A stretch of DNA of 64,000 nucleotides from a virus. Below the pieces are notes generated by a model that was not told the origin of the DNA, made no database searches, and was given only the letters and a program-made list of their open reading frames with translations. This document shows positions 46,964 to 57,200 of this stretch, in pieces (the stretch's first letter is position 1; each line of letters starts with the position of its first letter). The translations under genes and the position numbers were made by a program. The stretch covers positions 1 through 64,000 of the IMG/VR virus record IMGVR_UViG_3300037502_001322; one strand, 5' to 3'.

Positions 46964-48313
46964 TTACTCTTTATATTTGTAGTCCTCTGGATTCAAACCG
47001 TAGTTAGTTTTAATATAGTCGAGAATCTTGGGTAAATTTTTGACTTGAGTTGTTTCTGTGTACCCATCAGGCATTGTATTTTTAGTTACAAACTTAGTAC
47101 CTACCAACTTCTTAATCTCACTCTCCAACTCTCGTATAAATCTTCCATCTGAAGATTTAAACTCATACAATATCCTTGGAACATATTTAGTGTACCTTCT
47201 CTGGTATGAAACCCTACCATTAACATCAAGGTTAGTTATTCCGTATTTTAAGAATGATAAGTTATCTTTATTCCACACAACTAAGTACAACGAACCCGGT
47301 TTTATATTATTAAACCCTGCTTTTGCATGATTTGGACAGCCACTACCGTTCAAATGAGATGTAGCGGACTGTACAAAATATTCTGAACAAACTTTACAGT
47401 AAATCTCTACTTTATATTTAGCTTGTACGTATATTGTATTTGAGTAATCATACTCGTTATCTGGATGTACTTTCTTAGCTTTCATTATAAACTCTTCGAT
47501 ATTACTAAGAACTTGTTTCCTTTTAAATTCCTTTAAGCACAACGGGCAGCCTCCATTACCGCTAAGATGAAGGTGAGGTAGTTGCTCAAACTCATGGGAA
47601 TGTTTATTACATATAATTTTAACTTTTGTCTTTGTATTAAGATATATAGCATTTCTATAATCATATTTATCACCGTGCATCTTTACAGCACGACTAATAA
47701 AAGACTCGATGTTTCCTCTACAAGAATCTTTTGCACATAAAGGACAGCCTGAACCAAGCAAGTGTTTATTGGGAGTCTGTAGGAATTCTCCGTGCAATTT
47801 ACAAACTATAGCTACTTTAGTTGATACGTTTTTATAATCAACTTTAGAATAGTCATATTTGTTATTGTGTATCACTGTAGCATCATTTGTAAAAGATTCT
47901 GCACTTCTTTTCTTACCGCAAGGATGGCACTTTTTATGATTTGCTCCTTTCAAATGAGAATTAGGAGTTTGCTCAAAATGTTCTTTACATTTATTACACC
48001 AAATAGTAACTTTTGTTCTGGTATTTTTATAGATCACTTCAGAATAATCATATTTACTCCCATGCTTTTTCTTTGCTTCCTCTATAAAACTTTCCTTATC
48101 TACAGCTTTGTACACGTCTCCACAGAGACGACAGCCACTCTTCCCATAAATGTGGCTTGAAGGTGTCTTCTCAAAGATAATATTGTGTTCAGGACATATT
48201 ATTTTTACTTTAGTTATATTATTTTTGTACTCTACCAATGAGTAATCATACTTTCCTTTACCGTGAACTTCCTCGGCGTGTTTGATAAATTCTTCTTTTG
48301 TTTTTCTTGTCAC
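46964..48313 (-). CDS. free-standing homing endonuclease: five DUF723-like zinc-finger repeats + GIY-YIG-like domain
   Basis: YDY....Y....KV.I.C..F.....H..G..C x5; GSLYLV...LKYGITN...R; AGGAG SD + GTG. Confidence 0.82.
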   Translation of the reverse strand: MTRKTKEEFIKHAEEVHGKGKYDYSLVEYKNNITKVKIICPEHNIIFEKTPSSHIYGKSGCRLCGDVYKAVDKESFIEEAKKKHGSKYDYSEVIYKNTRTKVTIWCNKCKEHFEQTPNSHLKGANHKKCHPCGKKRSAESFTNDATVIHNNKYDYSKVDYKNVSTKVAIVCKLHGEFLQTPNKHLLGSGCPLCAKDSCRGNIESFISRAVKMHGDKYDYRNAIYLNTKTKVKIICNKHSHEFEQLPHLHLSGNGGCPLCLKEFKRKQVLSNIEEFIMKAKKVHPDNEYDYSNTIYVQAKYKVEIYCKVCSEYFVQSATSHLNGSGCPNHAKAGFNNIKPGSLYLVVWNKDNLSFLKYGITNLDVNGRVSYQRRYTKYVPRILYEFKSSDGRFIRELESEIKKLVGTKFVTKNTMPDGYTETTQVKNLPKILDYIKTNYGLNPEDYKYKE

Positions 48314-48329
48314 ACTTTTCTCCTGATAT

Positions 48330-48375
48330 AAAATAACCCTATCCAGAATTATATCTGGATAGGGTTTAATGTCAA
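48330..48375 (-). terminator. capsid-gene terminator hairpin overlapping the endonuclease promoter
   Basis: 13-bp stem 48335-47/48354-66 + U-tract; TTGACA-N16-TATAAT with the -10 forming the loop. Confidence 0.7.
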
Positions 48376-48400
48376 GAGTTAAATTGTAATTTCGAAACTA

Positions 48401-49700
48401 TTACACGAGCACTGCGGTACTGTGTACGATAACCTCCGGCTTCACAGGAACAGCAAGAACGGAAGTTTCGCTCTCCAGTCGGTAAGAACGGTTAAAACTA
48501 TCTTCCTTATAAAGGAGAGTCAATTCTTGACCGGGCTGGTTAGCCATAGCAGCGTCATCTGCTGGAGCAAAGTACAGACGGAACATATCATCGTTAGAGG
48601 AAACCCAAGGCATAACTACGGCCTTATCAGCATCCAAATAATCGTTGATAACTTCAATTATAAACAGACCTTTGTGGCTGAAAGTACGGTTGATAGCGTT
48701 ACCACCCAGTCGCTTACGCAGAGGGTCTTGTTCACTGGAGTAATACTGGTATGCGGCCTGCACGATAGGATGCTGAATGAGCTTACTAAAGTAAGATTTA
48801 CCAGCAAACATAACCAGTTGGTACTCAGTCATCATATCCTGAGCATTTACAGCAATGTGCTGACGAGCTTCTTCCAAAGTCTCAAAGGGGTCAGTGGTTG
48901 CATCAGTCAGATCAACACCAACCTGCTTCTTAGTAACACCAAAAGCGGTGTAGTAATCGTATGCAGGTGTCACACCCTCACCTTCATAGGAAGTACCGTT
49001 GAAGATACAAGCAGACAGTACGCGCTCTTTCAGTTGAGCGTGCATACGGGTAATACGTTGCATGATGCGGATAACTTCATCTTGCAGGGTTTTGGACTCA
49101 TCACCAGAACCATACTTGCGAAAGTTCTGAATGTCTTCAGGTCGAATGTTACGCCTTTTATTCGAGTAAAGTCGCTACACTTTACCCCGTTCTCTTATGA
49201 ACTGCTTATAGTTTCCTATAAGAGTAGACTATATCACGGTCTTCGATTAAAATCGTTAAGACCCCTACCACTTCGAACACCAATCGCTTGTGTTCTACTC
49301 CCACTCACGGGATAGTCGTTGAACCTTCTTCTCTGTGAGAAGCTTGGCTGCTGATTGCCCTCGTCTTGACCGATACGTTAGGGGTTTCCAGCAATTCAAT
49401 AGGTTTTCACTTAATCATTTCTGATAAAGGGGACTGCATTCAATCCAGAGGGAAAAACGGAACGTTGAAGTTCACAGTTTGCGCGGTTTCAGAAGAAACG
49501 AAATTGCGCTCGCCGCCCCTACTACGTGCAGCAAACAAACCGTTAACTTCTTGAACACGTTCTACTTGGGCGACAGTAGTAGAAATATTATGAACACTGA
49601 ACATATCCATACCGGTCAGCAGGGACCAAGTACGTGGCAGTAAATTGATCTCCGAACTATAATCCAAGAGCAGGAAATCGGATGCGCGGGTAGTTGCCAT
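48401..49700 (-). CDS. major capsid protein, spliced: exons 49443..49700 and 48401..49153 (336 aa)
   Basis: junction FNVPFFPLD|RNIRPEDIQNFRKY; major capsid E-like sequence; strong codon bias. Confidence 0.92.
49154..49442 (-). mobile_element. group I intron MCP (289 nt, ORF-less)
   Basis: GGAU/GUCC P1, AAUCAGCAG, GUUCAACGACUA, GAUAUAGUCU, terminal G. Confidence 0.92.
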
Positions 49701-49776
49701 TATTTAAAACTCCTAAATGAGAAAAGTTTATCTATTGTAGATATCTATTATTGAAATAAAATGCTGTTAATAACTG

Positions 49777-50202
49777 TTAAGCTTCAACGGCGGCGGCAGT
49801 GCCAAACACTTTATCAGTAACTTTGTTAGCACCAGCAGCTTCAAAAGCAGCGATAGCGGTAGCAGAAGCAGCTTTAGCAGCACCAGTAGTGCCGTCAGCC
49901 ATCTTCACGTAGTTCTTATTCACGGTAACACCACGCTTAGCAACAACCAGAACATGATCCCCAGCAGCCAGACCGTCACCTTGGTCAACACGAACGTCAA
50001 CCAGAACAGCAACAGCGTCAGCTTCAGTGGTAGAGGCGCCATCTACTACGTTAATCAGTTTAGTACCGGAGACTTCCAGCAGCATACCAGCGGTAGAAGC
50101 GGCAGTAACGGTCACAGTAGCTTCTTCGAAAGACCAGCCCAAATCGCTTGACTGAACACCACCGAGAACTACATCACTATAAAATTTTTCAAGAGTAGCC
50201 AT
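49777..50202 (-). CDS. head decoration protein
   Basis: Ala/Val-rich, immediately upstream of the capsid gene. Confidence 0.78.
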   Translation of the reverse strand: MATLEKFYSDVVLGGVQSSDLGWSFEEATVTVTAASTAGMLLEVSGTKLINVVDGASTTEADAVAVLVDVRVDQGDGLAAGDHVLVVAKRGVTVNKNYVKMADGTTGAAKAASATAIAAFEAAGANKVTDKVFGTAAAVEA

Positions 50203-50265
50203 TTAATTAATTTCCTTTATTAACGTTAATATTAGTTTTTTGTTTGACAGGTTTAACCTAAACGA

Positions 50266-51396
50266 TTAAAGCCATTCTTTCTGACCAAACTTAGCGGTGA
50301 TTCGCTCAGCAAGGCTTGATTTCTTAATAGCGGTTTGGTCTTCTTCTTTAGATTCTTCAGCACCAACTTCCGCACCCGGATTAGCAATAGCAAACTCTTC
50401 TTTTGCTTTATTCAGTTCTTCTTGAGCTTTCTGGAGCAGACCAACCAGAGTGTCCACAACGGGATTGTCAACGTTTTCCATCAGACCTTTAACCAGTTCA
50501 TCTTTTTGTTCATCAGCAACAAAGGTCAGAGATTTGGTCAGGGATTGGAAGGACTTTTCCAGATTAGCTTTTTGAGCTTTTTCAAGTTCCTCAGCACGAG
50601 CTGCTTTCTTTTCCAGCTCTTCCATTCGCTTCAGAAGTTCCATATATTCAGCAGATTTGGTGACATCGGAAACAGGAGCTTCTGTTTTCTCTACTTCAAC
50701 CTTTTCGGCATCAACTTGAACATCTGCTTTTTCAAGCTCTTGTTCTTGCTTAACTTCAGTTTCAGAACTCATTGAGTTATCATCCTCTTGTTTTTGAATT
50801 TCTTTCTTGGGTTTAGGTTTGTTTGAATAAGATTTAGGTTTCTTAGATTTTTCAATCTCTTCGATTGATTCTTGAATCTTCAGACCTTGTTCAAACTTGA
50901 TTTGAGTTTTAAGAATCTCAAGATATTCTTTAGGGTCAACACCATTAAAGTCTTTGAATGCTTCAAGAGATTTCATAAGTTTGATATGAGAAACTTTTTC
51001 GTCCAGATATTCCCGATGTTGTTCAGGAGTATGTTCGTAGTGATTCTCTTCTTCATATTCTTCTTGTTCTTTCAGGTAATACTCAAACTCGGTTTCCATT
51101 CCAAGAAGGTGAGTCAGCTTTTCAGCATCACTCCAATAAAGACCAAAGAAACGAACAAGGAACTCTTCCATTGAAAGTTCGACAGTGACTTGAGACAAAG
51201 CTTTAAGAATATCAGCGTTAACCTCAATATCCTCTGACTTCATAAGCAGTGCAATATCTTTCCAACCATTAGCACCATGACCTTGTGCTCGGTGGCACAC
51301 AGCCAGATGGGAACCTTCGTGGTCAAAACTCACATCGGTGATTTCACTAAAATTCTCAAGGTCTTTAAGAATCTTACCTTTATTTTTGATTGCCAT
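50266..51396 (-). CDS. capsid scaffold / head maturation protein
   Basis: E/K-rich coiled coil, repeated LxKS/EKA putative cleavage motifs. Confidence 0.78.
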   Translation of the reverse strand: MAIKNKGKILKDLENFSEITDVSFDHEGSHLAVCHRAQGHGANGWKDIALLMKSEDIEVNADILKALSQVTVELSMEEFLVRFFGLYWSDAEKLTHLLGMETEFEYYLKEQEEYEEENHYEHTPEQHREYLDEKVSHIKLMKSLEAFKDFNGVDPKEYLEILKTQIKFEQGLKIQESIEEIEKSKKPKSYSNKPKPKKEIQKQEDDNSMSSETEVKQEQELEKADVQVDAEKVEVEKTEAPVSDVTKSAEYMELLKRMEELEKKAARAEELEKAQKANLEKSFQSLTKSLTFVADEQKDELVKGLMENVDNPVVDTLVGLLQKAQEELNKAKEEFAIANPGAEVGAEESKEEDQTAIKKSSLAERITAKFGQKEWL

Positions 51397-51416
51397 TATT
51401 TATCCTCTTAACTTAG

Positions 51417-52172
51417 TTATTCTTTGTTATCCTGATTAACTTCAGCACGAGGTTTATGAACAATGCCTTTAGCTCCAATGCTTAAACCCCCAACCACACC
51501 AGCTTTGCGAAGCAACCACAGAGTTTTATCAAGATATTTAATCTCAGCAACCCAAGTTCCTTCTGAAACAGTGATAGGGTTATCTTCAGTTCCAAAAGTC
51601 ATTTCTTCATCAATCACATAAGTCTTAAGGATTTGAATCTGGTCTGGGGCATTCTGTAAATGGAATAGATTAGGTTGAACTATCCCTTTCTGGAGATTGT
51701 AGTTGAAGTTCTCACAAGCTTTAAGGATAGTTTCTTCACTCATCCATTCACCATGAGCATCAGGCTTGTAAGGTTCATAAACCACTTCAAGTGTTATCTG
51801 TTCTTCGTGGTTAACCGCTTTGAATAGATTTAAGTCAGAGGAAAAGCTATTAGATTTAGAATCTTTCTCGTGTTTGATTATTAAACTTTCATCTTGAGCA
51901 GATTGCTCTTGTGAACCATCTTTAATAGCACCGAAGTGATTATCTAAAAAGCTCTCAAACATTTTCAAAAGAGAACCTTTATCATTAACCACTTCATTAT
52001 CATTAGTGTTTATAACTTTTGTCTGTGCTTGTTCTATTTCTTTCTTCTTTAGAAGATTAAGATATTCAATAGATGAAAGTTTGTTATTAGGAGAATCCAA
52101 CAAACCTCCATTAAATGTTATATTATTGATATTTATAACTATATCGCTTTTCAACTTTACTAAGTTTAACAT
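51417..52172 (-). CDS. XkdF-like prohead serine protease (true start probably further downstream)
   Basis: VYEP..PDAHGEWMS...NLFH...GTWV...GGLSIGA; annotated ATG lies inside the promoter motif. Confidence 0.85.
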   Translation of the reverse strand: MLNLVKLKSDIVININNITFNGGLLDSPNNKLSSIEYLNLLKKKEIEQAQTKVINTNDNEVVNDKGSLLKMFESFLDNHFGAIKDGSQEQSAQDESLIIKHEKDSKSNSFSSDLNLFKAVNHEEQITLEVVYEPYKPDAHGEWMSEETILKACENFNYNLQKGIVQPNLFHLQNAPDQIQILKTYVIDEEMTFGTEDNPITVSEGTWVAEIKYLDKTLWLLRKAGVVGGLSIGAKGIVHKPRAEVNQDNKE

Positions 52173-52232
52173 AATGGAAAAGTAAAATCAACAACTTATC
52201 AAATTGTCAACTAATTTTCCATTATTTTATTA

Positions 52233-53828
52233 TTAACTTTCTAAATTAGCGGCATCGTTATCTTGTCCAGAGTTAGCTGAACCCGTCCCTGACGGCAGAC
52301 CCTCACTCATTCCATCACCAGAGCGTGATGTCTTTTCGGGAAGAATTGCATCAAGTTCTTCAGGACTCATATCATCAGGAATGCGATATTTAAAGTCCAA
52401 CCCTTCAAGAACTTCATTAATAAGTTCAGGAACACGGGGCAGGAAACCAACAGCAGCAACACGCTGAACAGCTTTAGATGTGTTATCGATATCCAAGTCA
52501 TCCACAAGTCCGGGAAGAATCTTAGGCATATCTGAATCTTTAAGCTTAATTCCATTAAGTGCCAATAGTTGAGGAATCAGTTCACGGTTAAAGACTTCAG
52601 CGTAGTACTCAATTTTATTCAGAATGATTTGACCATATAATCCTTTCTGCAAATCACCGAGAGCATATGAGCCACCTGAACCATTCTGGCCCAGCATAAT
52701 AAAGCCAGCTCCAAAGCAGTTAAGAATAGCCTTGTGGCGTTGCTCAATCAATTGTGTGGTGTCGAACTGCTTGCCTGCACCTTCTACGCCCAAGAACTTA
52801 ATCTCGTACTCTTTAGCGGTTGTAGAGCCTTCCTGAACGTCTGAAGGGAGCATCATATAGGCTTGTTCACCAGCGTGAAGGTTAGCCACATTCTGTTGCA
52901 GCTTCATCAAAGACTTGGCTTCAGGGCCATTAGGATTAGTCACAGCAGCATCGAAGATAGCTTTAGGTGCATGAATAACAGGAACACCAGACATATCTTT
53001 AGAAACACCAACAACTTCCAAGTCCTCAATAAGGACAATCTCACGCCAAGGTTTATAGGCACCAACTAAAGAGGAACGACCTAAAGGATTACCATTAGTT
53101 GAACCGGGAGCAAACAGAAGGAACTTATTTCGAGGAATAAAAATGTCTGTGGGATTCTCCACTTGAGTTTCAAAGAAAAGATTTGACAAAGCATTCAGAT
53201 TCTTAGTAGACTGGCGACAGCCTAAAATAGTGCGTGTGTCATCATCAAACTTAAAAGGCTTAGTTTCAGATAAACTCTTTTGTGCCCTTGGTGACAATCG
53301 TTTCAGCTTATAAGGAAACTCAGGATATTCACCAGAAACATTAGCTTCATAAGCTTTAACCAGAATAGAGAATCCATATTTCTCCGCAGTCTGAGCTTCG
53401 CGAACAGCCGCTCTCATTGATGTTTCCATATTATTGAGACACCAACTAACAAACTCTGTTGCTTTCTTTGACTCTTCAGACTCAGGATTACCAACGACTT
53501 TATATTGACTGAAAGCTTTTTCAATCATAACACGTTGAACTTCAAGAGCAACCCATACTGAAGGGTGGTAGTGCATAGCATCGAAGGTTTTAAGACATTG
53601 GGGCCAACGAAGGTCAGCCTTCATTTCTTCATTAACAATATCGTTAACAGCTTTGAGACCAAGATACCCAATGTCACCAATACGCAAACGAGAGGTTGCT
53701 ACGCTCATGCTGTTAAGTTTTTCAATTTGACGCTTTACTTCTCGTTGTTGCTTCTCTTCTTCGGATAGAGGCGGTCTCCCACGCCCCCGTTTCTTGGTTG
53801 TTTTATTAACTTCGGTTTCGGAATTCAT
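52233..53828 (-). CDS. portal protein
   Basis: 531 aa after terminase; GNPLGRSSL, GVSKDMSGVP, GSYALG. Confidence 0.88.
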   Translation of the reverse strand: MNSETEVNKTTKKRGRGRPPLSEEEKQQREVKRQIEKLNSMSVATSRLRIGDIGYLGLKAVNDIVNEEMKADLRWPQCLKTFDAMHYHPSVWVALEVQRVMIEKAFSQYKVVGNPESEESKKATEFVSWCLNNMETSMRAAVREAQTAEKYGFSILVKAYEANVSGEYPEFPYKLKRLSPRAQKSLSETKPFKFDDDTRTILGCRQSTKNLNALSNLFFETQVENPTDIFIPRNKFLLFAPGSTNGNPLGRSSLVGAYKPWREIVLIEDLEVVGVSKDMSGVPVIHAPKAIFDAAVTNPNGPEAKSLMKLQQNVANLHAGEQAYMMLPSDVQEGSTTAKEYEIKFLGVEGAGKQFDTTQLIEQRHKAILNCFGAGFIMLGQNGSGGSYALGDLQKGLYGQIILNKIEYYAEVFNRELIPQLLALNGIKLKDSDMPKILPGLVDDLDIDNTSKAVQRVAAVGFLPRVPELINEVLEGLDFKYRIPDDMSPEELDAILPEKTSRSGDGMSEGLPSGTGSANSGQDNDAANLES

Positions 53829-53895
53829 TGAGTTTTACTCTCCGTTTGATATAATGGTTTTCAGATACGGTTGTTTGGGTATCAGAATTTACTGA

Positions 53896-53961
53896 CTTTG
53901 TTGGACAACTATAATCAGGTTATTAGAAGCTGCTCAACTTTGTCGGGCAGCTATAATCCGG
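53896..53961 (-). repeat. synonymously recoded 24-nt duplication of the terL 3' end
   Basis: PDYSCPTK encoded at 53938-53961 and again in frame at 53896-53919. Confidence 0.75.
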
Positions 53962-55951
53962 AATAGCTAAGGCAGTGTGAACTTTAGATGCTGCAAGGAA
54001 GTTGAATGCTGAAGCCACAGCATCGGCCCAGTCATCGTGACGATGTGTTGAAGATCTTTCACCATCGAATGCTTCCAATTCTTTCATTAAGGCTTCATAG
54101 GTTTTAGGAGAAAATGTAGATTTAACTATTCTAACAAAACCTTGTTCTGCTGCACTTGCGAACGGTTCAAATCTCTTAAGTTTGGATTTGTTACCGGGGG
54201 TTGGGTCTTTCTTTACTGTATAACCTGTCTCTATTAAAGGTTTAGCAGAATTCTGAAACTCAGATAATCCAGAAGCACCGGGATCTACAGGAAACACTAC
54301 AACAGTGTCTGAACCATCATATTCAGCTTGCTTCCTAATAGTGACATCCCTTTCCCCTACTGATTTGCAGAATCTACCTCCTGTTTCAGTAACATCGTCA
54401 TAATTGTCTGGGTGATGGTCGCCTGTAATATAATAGAAACCATCCCGGCATTTATACATCTTACAAGAAGCTGTGAAGTCTGGGTTTTTATAAGAGACTG
54501 TTCGTTCTTTGCCAGCTTTATCCCATGCCCTTACTGATTTACAATGAAGAGGAACTTTATCTACTTCTTTAAGAAATTCTCGTTTGAAATATTTAGCACC
54601 TTTAGGTCTTGCATCCCAATTACCAAAAAGCAACTGAGCTTTATCTACTGGGTTAAGACCTTCAAGAAATGCAAGATAATCAGGATTGCTTTCAAGCATT
54701 GGAGGATTATCATATATAAGAGCAGAAATAAACTGAAAGGATATAGGTCGGACATTATCACCGAATTTCTCTTTCAATTCTTCCGAAGAGTTACCCCAGA
54801 AAAACTCGCCATCTCTTGTTATAAACCATCTAACCTTTCCATCACGTTCTGGGTCAGGGAACCCTTCATCATCCAGATACCAATCAATCAGTTCTCGTAT
54901 TTTATGATCTGGATCCGGGTTACAAGTTATAACCATGCGTGAAGGGTATTTAGAGTTGGACCTCAAGCGAGACATCATATATTCTACATTGTGTTCATGA
55001 GTGGGCGCTACACCACTCACCGGGATAGACCCAGCTACATGTTTCCATATAGATCAGACTATATCATCACCTTCAGCACTATCTGTTCAGGTGTCGTGCG
55101 CTTCGAGTGTCAATCGCTTACACTCTACTCCCTTTCGGGATAGTCGTTGAACGTTCTTCTTAAATTAAGAAGCTTCGCTGCTGATTGCCTTCGTTTATCA
55201 ACGTTAAGGTTTTCCAGCAATTCACACGATTTTCAATAACACATTTCTGTATTATGCAGCTAGTTTTAACTGAGACCACTCAAACTGAGTACCTTCATCT
55301 ACACCTATCAATGAAAACTGGGCACCTTGTATGTTATACTTATCAGACTCCCTCTCCATATGACTAAACTTTTGTTTAGCCCCAGATGGCCATATAAACT
55401 CAAGAGCTTTTTCTCTAGCTCTTGGTCTTTGGTTTAGAGGTAACTGCATATAAATACTTTTAGCTGTATCCCATATCCCTCCTCCAGATGTAATTTGAGG
55501 TGTTGTCCTGCGAAACATTATAATGTTAGTGTTAGGGTCATCTACTATAAAAAGAGGTAAAAGTTGTAGCAAGTAGGATTTACCTGACAGATGTTCAGAT
55601 TGAGTCGTTAATTCAACCCCGCACCTTTATGTGCTGCTATGCATTTCTGCACAGTTCAGACTATATCATCAACCTAAACTGAGGTTGCCTCCCGTTTCGA
55701 ATTCACTTGAACCCTACACCTTACGGTTAGTCGTTGAACCTTCTTCTCATAGAGAAGCTTGGCTGCTGATCGGCTTAGCTTAAGTTATTAAACCTTAGCG
55801 TTCCAGCAATTAAAGAGGTTATTCAATCAGTGTCACCACTGAAGGCGGCCCGTTAACCGGCGGCACCACCTGCTACAAGTATTTGTGCTGTAGAATTAAG
55901 AATCATTTCCTGCTTCTTGGAAGCAGGGGCAAATAAAGGTTGATTACTCAT
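53923..55951 (-). CDS. terL: terminase large subunit, spliced: exons 55856..55951, 55269..55587, 53923..54986 (492 aa)
   Basis: joining restores Walker A GGAAG|SGKS and DEGTQFEWSQ|LEYMMSRLRS; TCNP; nuclease RAWD...HDDWADA. Confidence 0.93.
54987..55268 (-). mobile_element. group I intron terL-2 (282 nt, ORF-less)
   Basis: CAGU/GCUG P1, AAUCAGCAG, GUUCAACGACUA, GAUAUAGUCU, terminal G. Confidence 0.92.
55588..55855 (-). mobile_element. group I intron terL-1 (268 nt, ORF-less) inside Walker A
   Basis: CGGU/GCCG P1, GAUCAGCAG, GUUCAACGACUA, GAUAUAGUCU, terminal G. Confidence 0.92.
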
Positions 55952-56249
55952 CAAACCTCTCTAATAAATTGTCAAAAGTTTCTTCTGAATCAAAACCAAT
56001 CAAAACAGAGCCTCCTAAGTTTCTTCTTATCAACTTTTCAGTTAAACCTAAGAATATTTCAAATTATTCTAAATAATTTCATTAAAATATAATTTAACTT
56101 TCTAATAAATATTATATCAGCAAAACCTTTCAAAATCAACCTTTAACAAGAATCATTAACATCTTCTTTCCATTATCTTACCTATTAATTTCAGATAAAA
56201 TAAAAGCACCAACCCGTTAAGGAAGGTGCTTCTTATCAACATATCTTAC

Positions 56250-56531
56250 TTATTTCTTATTAAGTTCACGAACAATTCGTTCAAACTGTTCGTTATTAAC
56301 CCAAACAACCTTATCTTGGTTGTTATCAAGACCTTTAAGCTTAACCAATTTAATTGGTCGAGCGAAGTACATCACCACAAGAATGAAACAGACTGGCCAT
56401 ACCAAAAGAGTCCACAAAAGATACCAACCCCAATGTGAACCATTGTTCTCTTCACTAATCACTTCATAGCTCTCGTATGAACTAAGAACCAGATCTTCAG
56501 CTTTAACAACTTCGCGCTTTTTGAAAAACAT
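56250..56531 (-). CDS. small membrane protein
   Basis: AGGAG SD; central TM. Confidence 0.7.
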   Translation of the reverse strand: MFFKKREVVKAEDLVLSSYESYEVISEENNGSHWGWYLLWTLLVWPVCFILVVMYFARPIKLVKLKGLDNNQDKVVWVNNEQFERIVRELNKK

Positions 56532-56594
56532 AATTTATTCTCCTTTGTTTATTTGACTTCTATTTAATCCACTAACACTTAATCTTCAATAATC

Positions 56595-56873
56595 TTAACA
56601 GCTCTTGAATCGATTTACAACCACTACTTTCACTATTTTCTTATGATATTTATCTTTATAAGTGCAAGTCTTAGTTGTTCCTTGTGTCTCAATATAAACC
56701 TTTCCATCCTTCAACTGCTTACTTGAAGTTGATTTAGCTTGTGCTTCAGAGCTAAACGCTGTTGCTATCAGTAACAATGATAGCAGAACAATAACCAACT
56801 GCAAAGCCCTTTTTACTCTTGGTGTTAGAACATATGTAACTTTTCTTTTATCATAAACCTTATGACCTTTCAT
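56595..56873 (-). CDS. small membrane/secreted protein
   Basis: AGGAG SD; hydrophobic segment + AQA. Confidence 0.7.
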   Translation of the reverse strand: MKGHKVYDKRKVTYVLTPRVKRALQLVIVLLSLLLIATAFSSEAQAKSTSSKQLKDGKVYIETQGTTKTCTYKDKYHKKIVKVVVVNRFKSC

Positions 56874-56889
56874 GAGTGTCTCCTATATT

Positions 56890-57072
56890 TTACTTTGCAA
56901 TAGCTTCCTTAACTATGCGGTAAATGCAGTATACCCCAAACCCATACCAAAACCACTCAGAAGTTAACATCTCTGCTATATAGTAAAGATAGCTAACCGG
57001 TTCACTGAAGTCTATAATATTGACGTCTTCAACCATATCTTGGAATAGCTTAACAAGTTTTTCTTCTATCAT
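56890..57072 (-). CDS. small membrane protein
   Basis: AAGGAG SD; C-terminal TM. Confidence 0.6.
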   Translation of the reverse strand: MIEEKLVKLFQDMVEDVNIIDFSEPVSYLYYIAEMLTSEWFWYGFGVYCIYRIVKEAIAK

Positions 57073-57102
57073 GTCAGGTTCTCCTTTTGTCTAACTGGAC
57101 TA

Positions 57103-57131
57103 ATTATAGAACATTGCCAAGAGACTGTCAA
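57103..57131 (-). promoter_or_regulatory. consensus sigma70 promoter
   Basis: TTGACA-N17-TATAAT. Confidence 0.75.
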
Positions 57132-57163
57132 CACTTAAAACGCTATTTTGATAAATTTAGTGA

Positions 57164-57200
57164 ATTTCAGGCAAAAGAAAACCCGGCACTGAGGCCGGGC
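57164..57200 (-). terminator. intrinsic terminator of the tRNA region
   Basis: GC stem + U-tract; near-identical to 8728..8763. Confidence 0.8.

Noticed and set aside
48422-49315. 297-aa + strand ORF crossing the capsid gene and its intron
   Set aside because: Antisense shadow of a highly expressed gene; protein looks non-biological
53896-53961. Diversity-generating retroelement TR/VR pair
   Set aside because: Only 24 nt, differences are silent and not adenine-specific, and no reverse transcriptase is in the window
54987-55020. MSGVAPTHEHN as the start of a separate terminase nuclease gene
   Set aside because: These codons lie in the 3' end of intron terL-2; the real frame arrives by splicing
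55252-55572. terL, capsid and tape measure fragments as pseudogenes, inteins or stop-codon recoding
   Set aside because: The gaps carry group I core motifs and removal restores the frames exactly; no intein C...HN ends; other genes use the standard code
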